Of a DNA stretch of 64,000 bases, positions 13,201 to 22,184 are shown one piece after another. Source of the DNA: a virus; IMG/VR virus record IMGVR_UViG_3300027969_000042, positions 32,001 through 96,000 of that record; one strand, written 5' to 3'. The notes below the pieces were generated by a model, which ran no database searches, was not told the origin of the DNA, and saw nothing but the letters and a program-made list of their open reading frames with translations. The position numbers and the translations under genes are program-made. Each line of letters opens with the position of its first letter. Positions within the stretch are counted from its first letter, which is position 1.

Positions 13201-16098
13201 TGCTAATCTTTCTAATTGAGTAAGTGAATTTGTTACATCATCAGAAATAACTGAGAATGAACCACTGACTGTAGAGTATGAGAAAGTTGTTGATATTAAA
13301 ACTTTTGTTGACTCATCAAGTGGTGAATACGTACCACCTGCATAGTATCTAAATGTCTTTTCAGTATCCTTCCAATATGTTAACCAATTTGTTTCTGATT
13401 GAGTCATAAAACTTGGAGCCGTTGCACCATGTATAAGAGGATCAAACCATAAATTAGATACGCTAGAAGTTAGTGAAACTATATTTGGATCTTGATAAAT
13501 AAAGTTTATACTCCAGTTACTAAATGTTCCTACAGGTGTACTTACTATTGGTTCAATCGGTCCGCCTAGTACAGGTGATGCAAATCTACCAAAAGGATCA
13601 ATAGATCTTACACGTGGTTCTACTACATCAATATATAATGTCCAGTTTCCATTTATAGAAGAATTTGAAAATAACTCACTAAATATGTTAGTATTTGATA
13701 TCCAACCAGTTCCTCCAATTCCTAATATTTTATCCATTTGATATTTCTTATTATTATAAGAAATATCTGGAGTGCTACTAAAATTAGTATAAACAGTGCT
13801 AGTACAGAACTTAGTATTTGAAAAGGTTAGACCAGTACCACTATTATTTCTTTTAAGATTTATTACTTTACCACTAGGTGATTTTAAGTTCACTCTTAAT
13901 TTATTTATTGATGTTGTATTTAAGTTTAAATTTACTTCAATATTAAGTGGAATCGGATTATTATTACCAACTGTTATAGTATCTGTAGTAACGGAATTAG
14001 TCATAATTGACATGGCCGAAGTTGTTGATGTAATTAGAAAGTTACTAAAAGTACTTGATAGATAAAAGACTGCCTCATTTGGTAATCTATAATCACCAAG
14101 ATCTGTAAAAAAGTTTAATTTACCTGCAATATCATAATCTAAAAATAACATTTTTGATTTTAATCTTGAGTCCAAAGTTGGATCTGGTGTGTTAAATACA
14201 AGTGTATTATAGTCTGCTTTCAATAATAAAGAACTATTACCACAAACTACTAATTCATTTGCATTATAATTAAATATCTTATTTACATATAGATTACTCT
14301 CTGGTTGAGCATTTTGTGAATTTCTGATAGTATTAGAGTAGATATTATCAACTCCAACATATTGAAATGAGTCTAAGTTAAATGATGATATACCATATGC
14401 AGGCCCACCTGTGTTGTTGGCTCTTAACCAACTAAAGTAAAATATATTTGATGATGTACCAGTACCTTCAAATCTTGTAATTGACTTAATATCACCATAA
14501 TCTTCTTTAAAAGACAAATAAATAAAATCAAAATTAGGTATTGAACTGTTTATGTCATAAACAATTATTTTATTCTCTGCAGTTGTTAGTAATAATATCT
14601 CTTTATCTGGTAAACTGCTTTGTGTGGAGTATGAGAAACTTAAACCCCAAGAACTTTTTGTTATATACATATCATTGATGTTATCAACAAGTAAATATTC
14701 CTCAAAATCATCTATAAATCTAGAAACTCTTCTTTTATAGACATCCCATCCTTGAATATCTTCTTTTAATTCAAGAAATACTCCTGAATTACCTACAATA
14801 TAAATACTACTAGATGTATAAAATATTGCTTTGTTGTAATAGTATGAATCAAAGTCATCAACTATTATTTTTTGACAAGTTAAACCATCATCTATTATCA
14901 ATATTGTGTTTAGATCACCAACAATTACACCTTTAATATCATTATAAAATGAAACAGACTTTAAATTAGTTGTAACACCAGTATCAATTTTCTCAATAGT
15001 GAAGTCATGTTTTCTTACTTTTAAAAGTATTCCATTATCACCACATATCCAATAGTACTTTTCTGTTTGTGAAATACTTCTAAGATTTACTTTATATTTA
15101 TTTGGGATGATATTAGATAATCCTCCTTGAGTATTTAAAATAACACCAAATTCTCCTACTGCAATAGTTCTTTCCGGAATACTATAAGTAATTCCTTTCA
15201 AATAGTAAGATTGTGTTGTATATTTAACTACATCATAATAGTTTATTTCAAATAGATTATTATAATCAACTCTATTTCTAAGTAACCAATTATGTTTTTC
15301 TTTAAACTCAATGGGTTCATTTAAAGATGTTGTTGGATAATAACCATTTAATAGTCTACTTAAATGAAATTGCTTTTCTGCATTGATATTTCCAAGTTTA
15401 ACAGAAACACTGTATCTAATACAGTCCGCATAATCACTTAATTCCGTAGTTTTATATAACTTACCCTTATTAAATGTATAAATACCATTATCAGAGTTAT
15501 AGAAGTTATATTCTATAGTTGCACCATAGTCTTGAATAACTGTATAGTGACCCTTAAAATATGTATTGGGATCTCTATCAAATGGTAGGGTAGTAGTTGA
15601 TATTTGATCTTTTACCAATATTCTATGACCATTTAATACTTTAACATCATCAATATATAACTCATTAAAAGTTGCACCTAAATCTAAAAATCTAGTAGTA
15701 GTTGCTATATCAACATATATGAAGTTTTTTACTGAATCCTTTATAAGTCTATCTGGGGTAAATAAGTTTTTTAAAGTTAAACCATACTCAGATACATACT
15801 TTTCATAAAAATCATATGATGTAAGGTTAGTTATTGGAGATTTAAAATTAGATGGAAGACCAGTTAAATAACTATAAGGTGAACCAACCACATCTACATA
15901 CCAATTTCTTGGTTCATATTCACCTAAAATATCATAAATATTCTCTAAATTATTTATAGGTAAGTAAGTTGCACCACTAAGACACTTAGAGTAGAATCTT
16001 GTAGAAGCGAGCTCTTGCTTTAAATAGTCAAAATTATTTTTTGATATTTTATCTTCAACGGTTACCCATTTGTTATAATCAGTATTAAATGTCCACAT
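10255..16098 (-). CDS. 1947-aa mosaic virion protein (fibre-type RILVKDQ..NGIY segment, beta-propeller-like repeats, P-domain-like insert, C-terminal W-x-x-G-x pentapeptide repeats)
   Basis: Motifs read from the translation, e.g. LRVNLKSPSGKVINL...NGNWTLYI and WYKGNWECGRWFGGTW. Confidence 0.75.
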   Translation of the reverse strand: MWTFNTDYNKWVTVEDKISKNNFDYLKQELASTRFYSKCLSGATYLPINNLENIYDILGEYEPRNWYVDVVGSPYSYLTGLPSNFKSPITNLTSYDFYEKYVSEYGLTLKNLFTPDRLIKDSVKNFIYVDIATTTRFLDLGATFNELYIDDVKVLNGHRILVKDQISTTTLPFDRDPNTYFKGHYTVIQDYGATIEYNFYNSDNGIYTFNKGKLYKTTELSDYADCIRYSVSVKLGNINAEKQFHLSRLLNGYYPTTSLNEPIEFKEKHNWLLRNRVDYNNLFEINYYDVVKYTTQSYYLKGITYSIPERTIAVGEFGVILNTQGGLSNIIPNKYKVNLRSISQTEKYYWICGDNGILLKVRKHDFTIEKIDTGVTTNLKSVSFYNDIKGVIVGDLNTILIIDDGLTCQKIIVDDFDSYYYNKAIFYTSSSIYIVGNSGVFLELKEDIQGWDVYKRRVSRFIDDFEEYLLVDNINDMYITKSSWGLSFSYSTQSSLPDKEILLLTTAENKIIVYDINSSIPNFDFIYLSFKEDYGDIKSITRFEGTGTSSNIFYFSWLRANNTGGPAYGISSFNLDSFQYVGVDNIYSNTIRNSQNAQPESNLYVNKIFNYNANELVVCGNSSLLLKADYNTLVFNTPDPTLDSRLKSKMLFLDYDIAGKLNFFTDLGDYRLPNEAVFYLSSTFSNFLITSTTSAMSIMTNSVTTDTITVGNNNPIPLNIEVNLNLNTTSINKLRVNLKSPSGKVINLKRNNSGTGLTFSNTKFCTSTVYTNFSSTPDISYNNKKYQMDKILGIGGTGWISNTNIFSELFSNSSINGNWTLYIDVVEPRVRSIDPFGRFASPVLGGPIEPIVSTPVGTFSNWSINFIYQDPNIVSLTSSVSNLWFDPLIHGATAPSFMTQSETNWLTYWKDTEKTFRYYAGGTYSPLDESTKVLISTTFSYSTVSGSFSVISDDVTNSLTQLERLAPPSIDFEQSRFNGLNPPTITYPTALSTIYLKDSIMIIRVPMTYLVRVGDVIRLESDVVDGNFVVNRISELTIPQNLPQSEFERQMAPSNRSFNYLYMFTNFNENIITNLTKTSSPINIINLNKYKTVGELENNFNSHPISNGYNLNYTPPSSDTPSNITINAKFNNLTSYYNLATNVFVNDDIRLGTNSVIATMSYTGGFLKFGYTPTYNLLDYLEQLNDNTSPTPKFYANKEYLAMPDYRSVPASIASSTTTTEVYFDYNYVSNKIYFGSDLRLEWESIFINTFIDLTIYTSNDTYTTERLLVMKKEITTDTNFSNTPFVIEFHKKINFATSINSTSDYPTLMDIKSRRTLLQISHDLQELNNIQRGLLKKKDLLLGSEFYNYERDLNFKIPTDSYAKVLLSDVDTIRELSALIYIDYKNEMAMNITRLAKEYTIPIIGTTNYNGKVLIICKDNHDLKTGDSVTLEFNGGTFSSQFLNQQYFGYQNVTVVNSLNFYIDLPFSANTVGDTGFVKYVKRDPFLNYQPIDIIDIGVDKRGKNAIELSIDNLNLSGDVYSLVNVDFNKFRFRLVDGLTVETLSLNYPWILEAEITDAIIGTDANNIIWYKGNWECGRWFGGTWMSGIWKSGDWYGGTWNAKKIKDNLISVEVANNTSDKSLSTWFSGRWYDGTWNDGVWVDGRWYGGTWNTGDWYKGTWNDGTWNDGEFSGGIWIAGTWNDGILNCNNDPTFWIDGKWNGGDFENGMWYDGIFEEKNGLSRFGTKAFNSRTATWHGGQWLSGSFYSRMILDNNDEPQVSLSHKYSIWYTGSWYSGDVYGGIFYNIDFKSGVWYGGISEEIQIIKVKISQDNSYLTLNGVFRFNIGDEITIVPKGEQLSSGGSYYSSYFRRERYKILYAENPDLDNKTTRIYIDSDININNSSTYYDDDFYFENRNGVETKMRVISRFRNTDWRSGIWTNGIFETGYWQGGIWYDGTFGEKAKWS

Positions 16099-16101
16099 AA
16101 A

Positions 16102-16317
16102 TTATTTCTTTACTTTTAATTTCCAAATAACTGTCTTGCTGTCCAATTTAACATCACTTTTGATAATTCTAACTTTTGACTTTTTTAACACTTCTCTTAT
16201 ATTAGATATAAATGTATCATATTGATAAATATCTTTTATGTAGTTTGAAATGTCGATTAAGTAGTAAGTTTCATCTGAGAATATTAAATCATAAATTAAA
16301 TCATCAGTTTTCTTCAC
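16102..16317 (-). CDS. Hypothetical protein (GTG start)
   Basis: 71-aa ORF; the GTG overlaps the TGA of a 7-codon uORF starting at 16337. Confidence 0.6.
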   Translation of the reverse strand: MKKTDDLIYDLIFSDETYYLIDISNYIKDIYQYDTFISNIREVLKKSKVRIIKSDVKLDSKTVIWKLKVKK

Positions 16318-16383
16318 AACAAAAAAATTTTTTTCATTGTATATATTAAAATTTGAGTACCTATAAAGAAAATAATTGTTATA

Positions 16384-17169
16384 TTATTGTTGTTTATAAC
16401 GTTTCATGATTTCTATTAAGAATGGATCTCTAACAATATCATCCTCTGTAAATTCAATAAATCCAATACCTGGAACTCCTTGAAGTCTATCCCAAGCATC
16501 ATCTAAACCACATTTCTCACCTTTATTCAATTTTAAGTCAATTTGGTCTGAATCTCCCATTATTACTAACTTAGATTCTTCTCCCATTCTAGAAATAAAA
16601 GTTTTCATTTCTACCGGAGAACAGTTTTGTGATTCATCAAAAATACAAAAAGAACCAACTGGATTACCTTGAGCATCCCATTTTCCAAATGTAGATCCTC
16701 TTAAAAAGTTTAATACAGTGTCTTTTATAACACCTCTTTCTTTTAGTAATTTTGTTGGTTCTGTTCCTATTAGTTTTGTTAAGCTATCATAAAAATGTGT
16801 GTAATAACTTAAAGTTTTTTCATTTATATCTCCAGGTAAGGCACCTAAACCTCTACTGGATGTTATTTCAACAATTGGTTTTGTTAAAACGATTTGATCT
16901 ATATTTACAGTTGGATCTTTAATACATTCTAATGCAGTTAGTAAAGATATTAAAGTTTTTCCTGTTCCTGCAGCACCTCTTACAAATGTTATTCTATTTT
17001 CTAGAATAGTATCGTGCATTTCTTTTTGTTTTTTGTTTTTGAATTTACAATTTACTCTAAATTGTGGAGTGCCCTGTGGTATTACTTTTTCTTTTGGTGT
17101 TCTTTTTACCGGTTCTACTTTTGTTTCGTCTGCAATTGGTTTCTTTGTGGTTCTTCTGCGTACACTCAT
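16384..17169 (-). CDS. phoH: PhoH-like ATPase
   Basis: Walker A GAAGTGKT, LGALPGD, FLRGSTF, DESQN, SRMG, GDSDQID, DIVR. Confidence 0.95.
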   Translation of the reverse strand: MSVRRRTTKKPIADETKVEPVKRTPKEKVIPQGTPQFRVNCKFKNKKQKEMHDTILENRITFVRGAAGTGKTLISLLTALECIKDPTVNIDQIVLTKPIVEITSSRGLGALPGDINEKTLSYYTHFYDSLTKLIGTEPTKLLKERGVIKDTVLNFLRGSTFGKWDAQGNPVGSFCIFDESQNCSPVEMKTFISRMGEESKLVIMGDSDQIDLKLNKGEKCGLDDAWDRLQGVPGIGFIEFTEDDIVRDPFLIEIMKRYKQQ

Positions 17170-17257
17170 AAATTTAAAGTCTTATTTTTTAATATATATT
17201 ATATTACTTCTTCTCTATAAAGATTAGAAAAGGATTATACAATTTAATATATACAGT

Positions 17258-17485
17258 ATGAAATTTATACTTGAATACAAAGCATTTTATAAAGAAGGTG
17301 ATATTGTTCTTACTGAATACTGGTATAATGATATGATAACACCAGTAAGAATAATTGAAAAGGTCTCAAAATCCAGATTTAAAGTAAGTCATGATGTAGA
17401 AGGTTCTTCTATCAGAAATGCACCTGATGAAGTAATAAAGACATCTGAAATATTAGATAAACATAAAACAAAAAACCCATCATAA
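17258..17485 (+). CDS. Hypothetical protein
   Basis: 75-aa ORF; TAATATATACA sits directly before the ATG and a terminator follows. Confidence 0.7.
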   Translation: MKFILEYKAFYKEGDIVLTEYWYNDMITPVRIIEKVSKSRFKVSHDVEGSSIRNAPDEVIKTSEILDKHKTKNPS

Positions 17486-17498
17486 GATGGGTTTTTTT
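17470..17498. terminator. Bidirectional intrinsic terminator
   Basis: AAAAACCCATC-ataa-GATGGGTTTTT between convergent genes. Confidence 0.85.
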
Positions 17499-17499
17499 A

Positions 17500-18693
17500 T
17501 TAGTCTAACATTTCTTCTACTAAACACTCGTAGAAAAATTTATCATAATCATTGTTCTCAATATCTAAATATTGTTCTCTAATTACTTCTAATTCTCTTT
17601 CTTTCAACTTAGTACCATTGTACTTTGATAAAAGCCAATCGTATTGTTTATCATTTGGAGTAGAAATTTCTACTAAGTTTCCACCATTATCGAAGTAAGT
17701 TTTACCTTTTTTCTTTTGATTTCCTCTTCTTGTTGATTTTTTACCACCATTTCGCATCATTATATCATCTGCACCAGTGTTATCATACCAATCTTCATAG
17801 TAAGTAACGTCTCTGCTCTTAGTACCACTTCTACTCCAAGAACTTCCACTATCAGCTCTTTTAGTTCTAGTAGCATAGTTATCCCAGTCTGCAGGATAAG
17901 AAGCTGTAGTATAAGTTTTGAAAGATTTACCTTCATAAACTGATGTATCTCTTTTTGTTGGTAAGTTTTCCCAATCAACTAATAAACAAGCACTCGCTAA
18001 ATTTACTAAGTGTCTTATATCTTGATTTTCACTTTTAGTGTGTTCTGAATAATAACCTACTGAAACATTTGTACATTCTGGAATAAGGTCAACAAACTCA
18101 GCAGAGTCAGTGTAAACACCACCATCATCTTTAATATATTTTAATTTGTAATCTGATTTGTTTAATTCAGCACAAAAAGCATCTGCAAATTCATCTGAAC
18201 AACATCTTGCCCAAGATTGGTGTGTAATAATTGAGGTAGTACCTCTTCTATCAAAAGAAATAATTCTATCATATATACCTTTAAATTCACCATATTTTGC
18301 TGCTAAACCAGAACCAATACAACCAACTTCTTCACCAATGAAAAAGTAGTATGTTCCTGGAATGTTATGTTTCATCATCCAAATCATAACTGATACGCCT
18401 GCTTTATCATCAGCACCAAGTGTAGTTGTGCCATCAGTTCTAATAGTCTCACCATCAAGTACATGTTTTACTGGTTCGTGTTTACTAGAAACTGTATCTA
18501 AGTGAGAAGCAAAAATTGTTCTTGATTCTCCGATCTTGTAGAAGTAATTTCCGTGAGTGTCTTTACTGATGTCTTTTGGTAAATAACCAAGACTTACCAT
18601 TTCTTCTAAACAAATATCCTCATATCCGTGAGGGTAAGTCTTTGAAGTCAGTTTAAGAAACAACTCAGGAATAAATTTGTTTACGTTTATCAT
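17500..18693 (-). CDS. M20/M28-family zinc peptidase-like protein
   Basis: SHLDTV, LGADDKAGV, GEEVGCIGS, SFDRRG, EHT metal-ligand pattern. Confidence 0.8.
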   Translation of the reverse strand: MINVNKFIPELFLKLTSKTYPHGYEDICLEEMVSLGYLPKDISKDTHGNYFYKIGESRTIFASHLDTVSSKHEPVKHVLDGETIRTDGTTTLGADDKAGVSVMIWMMKHNIPGTYYFFIGEEVGCIGSGLAAKYGEFKGIYDRIISFDRRGTTSIITHQSWARCCSDEFADAFCAELNKSDYKLKYIKDDGGVYTDSAEFVDLIPECTNVSVGYYSEHTKSENQDIRHLVNLASACLLVDWENLPTKRDTSVYEGKSFKTYTTASYPADWDNYATRTKRADSGSSWSRSGTKSRDVTYYEDWYDNTGADDIMMRNGGKKSTRRGNQKKKGKTYFDNGGNLVEISTPNDKQYDWLLSKYNGTKLKERELEVIREQYLDIENNDYDKFFYECLVEEMLD

Positions 18694-18711
18694 CTATTTT
18701 ATTTATTTATT

Positions 18712-18742
18712 CAAAGATACAAAAAAAATTATAAACAAACAA
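18712..18742 (-). promoter_or_regulatory. Bacteroidota sigma-A-type promoter
   Basis: TTG-N20-TATCTTTG upstream of the peptidase gene. Confidence 0.7.
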
Positions 18743-18779
18743 GAAAAATATAATATATATCGTTATAGCTGTTATATAA

Positions 18780-18837
18780 TTCATGTCGGGTATCAATAGG
18801 GTGCCTTTGAGATTTAATTGAGAATCAAAGATATGGA
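18780..18837 (+). ncRNA. Candidate cis-regulatory three-way-junction RNA in a 5' UTR
   Basis: P1 TTCATGTC/GATATGGA, P2 GGTATC/GGTGCC, P3 TTTGA/TCAAA with 0-1 nt junctions; G-U pairs favour the + strand. Confidence 0.5.
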
Positions 18838-18860
18838 TAAAAAAATTAAAAAACAAAAAA

Positions 18861-19904
18861 ATGGCAAAACAAGTCAAAACTACTGTCCCAAGTGCGTGGA
18901 TAGTAAATTCCAATGATAGAGGAAGAAAATCTATCAAAAAAGGTAAAGTTTATCTATCAGATAAAGAAGAATTTCAGATAGAATTATTTAACCCACTTCA
19001 AGACTGCGTTCTAGCAGACATTAAATTAAACGGTAACTCAATTTCAAAATCAGGATTAGTTTTAAATCCAGGACAAAGATTTTATTTAGATTGTTTTATT
19101 GACGATAAGAAAAAATTTATTTTTGATACTTATGAAGTTGATGATACCGATGAAACTACACAAGCAATTGCTAAAAATGGATTATTAGAAGTTTTCTTCT
19201 ATAAAGAATCTGTTGTTACTTTACAAAATTGGAGTGATAGATTTAATAGAATTTTAACTACTCGAACTTATCCCTACTGGGTTTATCCAACTTATCCTTA
19301 CTGGGGTAATACTGTTACAATCGGTGCTCCTTATTGTGGTACAGGAACAACAAATACGTTTACTACTACTAATCTTACAAGTGGTAGTATTGATTTAAGT
19401 AATCTTAATATATCAACCGGTAATGCTTATTATTCTTCAAATACAATGGCAATAAATTCTTCTTATACTAACAATGTTTCTCTTACGAGTGCAATTGGTG
19501 GTAGTGCTAAAAGTATTGAAACTGGTAGAATTGGTAAAGGAGATAATTCTAAACAAAAGTTTGAATCAGTTGATATGGATTTTGATAAATACTATATCGC
19601 ATCAACAATTCTACAAATCTTACCAGAAAGTAGAAGACCGATTGAAACTAAAGAAATTAAAGTTCATAAAAATCTAATTGAGGTAAAAGTACCTAAAGGA
19701 CTTAGTAAGGATTCAATTTCTAAAATCGAAGAATTAGTATCTGATTTTGTATGGGAGAAAGATACAAATGAAAATAGAGATAAGATTGATGATAAAATAA
19801 AATCAGTTGAACTATTACAAAAACTTGGTGAATTACATAAAGCAGGAATTTTAACTGATGAAGAATTCACAACAAAGAAAGTAGAATTACTTTCTAAAAT
19901 ATAA
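18861..19904 (+). CDS. Hypothetical protein with C-terminal SHOCT domain
   Basis: LQKLGELHKAGILTDEEFTTKKVELL is a SHOCT-type helix pair. Confidence 0.75.
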   Translation: MAKQVKTTVPSAWIVNSNDRGRKSIKKGKVYLSDKEEFQIELFNPLQDCVLADIKLNGNSISKSGLVLNPGQRFYLDCFIDDKKKFIFDTYEVDDTDETTQAIAKNGLLEVFFYKESVVTLQNWSDRFNRILTTRTYPYWVYPTYPYWGNTVTIGAPYCGTGTTNTFTTTNLTSGSIDLSNLNISTGNAYYSSNTMAINSSYTNNVSLTSAIGGSAKSIETGRIGKGDNSKQKFESVDMDFDKYYIASTILQILPESRRPIETKEIKVHKNLIEVKVPKGLSKDSISKIEELVSDFVWEKDTNENRDKIDDKIKSVELLQKLGELHKAGILTDEEFTTKKVELLSKI

Positions 19905-19928
19905 TTAAACTAATAACAGCTATAGAAG

Positions 19929-19957
19929 AAAAGAGGGTTTTTAACTCTCTTTTTTTT
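19929..19957 (+). terminator. Intrinsic terminator
   Basis: AAAAGAGGGTT-ttt-AACTCTCTTTT followed by a T run. Confidence 0.75.
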
Positions 19958-19970
19958 ATATATATGTGAT

Positions 19971-20435
19971 ATGAGATACCTAAAGAGATATAACGAAGCA
20001 AAAGATACTAGAAGTTTCTATTTTAGTGCCAAACCCGAAGAAGGTGAATTAGATGAACTTAGAGATTTCTGTGAAACACATTTAGCTTATCTTGTAGATA
20101 AAGACTTTGTAGTTGATGTCTCAAATGATTTTACTCATAAAAACTTTCATATTTCTATTCTTAAAGAAGGAAGTAAATATAAAGGATTTACTTGGGAAGA
20201 AATTAAAGATCATTTTATTCCTTTTTTAACACACTTATCAAGAAAATATGATATATGTTATGAAAGTGTAAAATTTAACCCGTTAGTGGGTGGACTTCCT
20301 AAAACATATACATCATATGATGTTGATAGAATTATATCAGAAGATGATCTTAAATTGTTTATTTACTTTCGTGAATTAGAAACTATTTCAGAAGTTTCAA
20401 TTGATATTGAATATAAAATGAATTTACAAGACTAA
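19971..20435 (+). CDS. Hypothetical protein with CTS-like N-terminus
   Basis: MRYLKRYNEA; TTATATATG upstream. Confidence 0.75.
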   Translation: MRYLKRYNEAKDTRSFYFSAKPEEGELDELRDFCETHLAYLVDKDFVVDVSNDFTHKNFHISILKEGSKYKGFTWEEIKDHFIPFLTHLSRKYDICYESVKFNPLVGGLPKTYTSYDVDRIISEDDLKLFIYFRELETISEVSIDIEYKMNLQD

Positions 20436-20439
20436 AAAT

Positions 20440-20463
20440 AAAACCATCAATTAAGATGGTTTT
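20440..20463. terminator. Bidirectional terminator
   Basis: AAAACCATC-aattaa-GATGGTTTT. Confidence 0.75.
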
Positions 20464-20606
20464 ACTAATTCTCTTAACTTAACTATAACAAATCTTTTTC
20501 TAAAATCTATTACATATTGTGCTAGATTAAACCATCGTAATTCAATTAGTTTATTTAGTATATTTGATGTTATAGAAAGTAATATAAAGTATATTTCTTT
20601 TCTCAT
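20451..20606 (-). CDS. Small hypothetical protein (51 aa)
   Basis: Hand-translated MRKEIYFILLSITSNILNKLIELRWF...VKPS*; fills the operon gap next to 20608. Confidence 0.5.
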   Translation of the reverse strand: MRKEIYFILLSITSNILNKLIELRWFNLAQYVIDFRKRFVIVKLRELVKPS

Positions 20607-20607
20607 T

Positions 20608-20853
20608 TTAAATCTCTGTTTCTTTTATTAAATCAATTATTCTTTGTCTACTATCTTTACATTGTTCTAAACAACTTTGTAACATTTCTAATCCGGCAGG
20701 ATGGTTTAAAATTTTATCTAATCTTTCCTCTGATAATAAATCCACTAAAGTCCAAAACGGACCTAATTGATTTCTCAATTTTGCTTGTGGTGTTTCATTT
20801 ATCCAATTTCCTTCTTGGTCTTTATGACCTGTACTTTCACTAAACTTTTTCAT
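20608..20853 (-). CDS. Hypothetical protein
   Basis: 81-aa ORF (MKKFSES) coupled to the NUDIX gene. Confidence 0.7.
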   Translation of the reverse strand: MKKFSESTGHKDQEGNWINETPQAKLRNQLGPFWTLVDLLSEERLDKILNHPAGLEMLQSCLEQCKDSRQRIIDLIKETEI

Positions 20854-21425
20854 TACTTTTGTAAGTTCATATATTCTTTTAGTTTCAATAAAATATAATC
20901 AGTTATTAAATCTGATGCTTGGATATTTTTCAATTGTTTAATATCTAATTTTACTGACTTAGACATTCCTTCGTGTTTTGTTCCATCACCTTTTGGTACA
21001 ATTTCCTCAAAATCTTTATTGTGAAGTGGAATAATATAAGGATAAACTTTATTAGCATTCATCTTAGTTAAAAACAAAGGTCTCAACGCTTCTAGTTCAA
21101 AGTCTTCTCTCAAAACAATACCTGCTTCTTCTTCAAGTTCTCTTGTAATTGCTAAATCATGTGATTCACCTTCTTCTGTGCCACCACCGACTAATGTAAG
21201 ATGATATTCTTGTCCGTCTGTATATTTGAATGTTGGAATATATTCGTATCTTAAAATGACTTGATTTGATTCAATCAAGTAAGGTATACAAACAACATAA
21301 TCTTTATGTCTTACAATCGACCAGTCTTCGAATTTAATGACTGACATATGTTTATCTTGATAAAGTGGTTCTTCTTTATCTTTTTTAAATTCTTCTTTTG
21401 GTTTAAGGCTACTAAATTTATCCAC
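20853..21425 (-). CDS. NUDIX hydrolase
   Basis: Nudix box GGGTEEGESHDLAITRELEEEAG. Confidence 0.9.
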   Translation of the reverse strand: MDKFSSLKPKEEFKKDKEEPLYQDKHMSVIKFEDWSIVRHKDYVVCIPYLIESNQVILRYEYIPTFKYTDGQEYHLTLVGGGTEEGESHDLAITRELEEEAGIVLREDFELEALRPLFLTKMNANKVYPYIIPLHNKDFEEIVPKGDGTKHEGMSKSVKLDIKQLKNIQASDLITDYILLKLKEYMNLQK

Positions 21426-21458
21426 TTTACTATATTAGTTTTTCTTATATATTAAATT

Positions 21459-22097
21459 TTAATATCTATAATTGCGGGTCGGCTTGCGGCATTTTAATTG
21501 ACTTTTGCAATTGTTTAACTCAGAATTCCCTGCTTCTAAACGAGCAGACTTTCTCTTTAGAACCAAGCCTTCGATCATATCAATTTCTACTAAATCATTA
21601 TACAAATCTAAAAAGTTTGATGTATAAGACTTCACTCTATAAATGTTCTCTGATATACCGTATAAGTAAGGTTTCTCACAAGCTTTTGTACCATACAATT
21701 TGTCAAGTAAGACAACTCTTTCTTCAAAAGTTTTACCAACTAAAGAATCTCCATCTAAAACAAGAATGTCAAAGATAACAAACTTATGATTGAAAACTTT
21801 ACGATTTTCATCACTCTTACTTTTATTCATATACTCACCATTGATTACCATCCATTCACCATTTCCACGGTACATAGATTTTAATTCTTCATCGGTAATT
21901 TGAAAGTTAGTAAGTCTGCCATTGTGTCTATTCATTACAATGTGTTTTTCACCATTAGTGTAAATGGTACAGTTTGAACCATTAAGTTTTGGTTGTCCTA
22001 AAAGTGTGTTATTATCCCAGAAGTCTAAATCACTAGACATTATCGCGTTTTTTGGACGTGGTGGGTAGATGTATCTATAGTTTGAGTATTTTGCCAT
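21459..22097 (-). CDS. ATP-dependent ligase-like nucleotidyltransferase (adenylation domain only)
   Basis: Motif I QPKLNG, then INGEY, FVIFDIL, EGLVLK and a terminal KCRK; 212 aa with no OB domain. Confidence 0.8.
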   Translation of the reverse strand: MAKYSNYRYIYPPRPKNAIMSSDLDFWDNNTLLGQPKLNGSNCTIYTNGEKHIVMNRHNGRLTNFQITDEELKSMYRGNGEWMVINGEYMNKSKSDENRKVFNHKFVIFDILVLDGDSLVGKTFEERVVLLDKLYGTKACEKPYLYGISENIYRVKSYTSNFLDLYNDLVEIDMIEGLVLKRKSARLEAGNSELNNCKSQLKCRKPTRNYRY

Positions 22098-22101
22098 AGC
22101 T

Positions 22102-22133
22102 CAAAGATACAATAAAAAAATAAATCCACCAAA
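22102..22133 (-). promoter_or_regulatory. Bacteroidota sigma-A-type promoter
   Basis: TTTG-N20-TATCTTTG ending 4 nt before the ligase ATG. Confidence 0.7.
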
Positions 22134-22184
22134 GATTGGTGGATATTTATGCAACATCATGATAAACTATATAATATAATCGCC

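Noticed and set aside
16317-16337. ATG at 16337 one base out of frame with ORF 16102..16317, across A7T7 (T TTT TTG slippery heptamer)
   Set aside because: The uORF stop overlaps the GTG start (GTGA), so ordinary translational coupling or a homopolymer error explains it; no stimulatory structure seen.
18707-18937. Minus-strand 76-aa hydrophobic ORF
   Set aside because: Spans divergent promoters and overlaps the real gene at 18861; its F/I richness reflects A runs.
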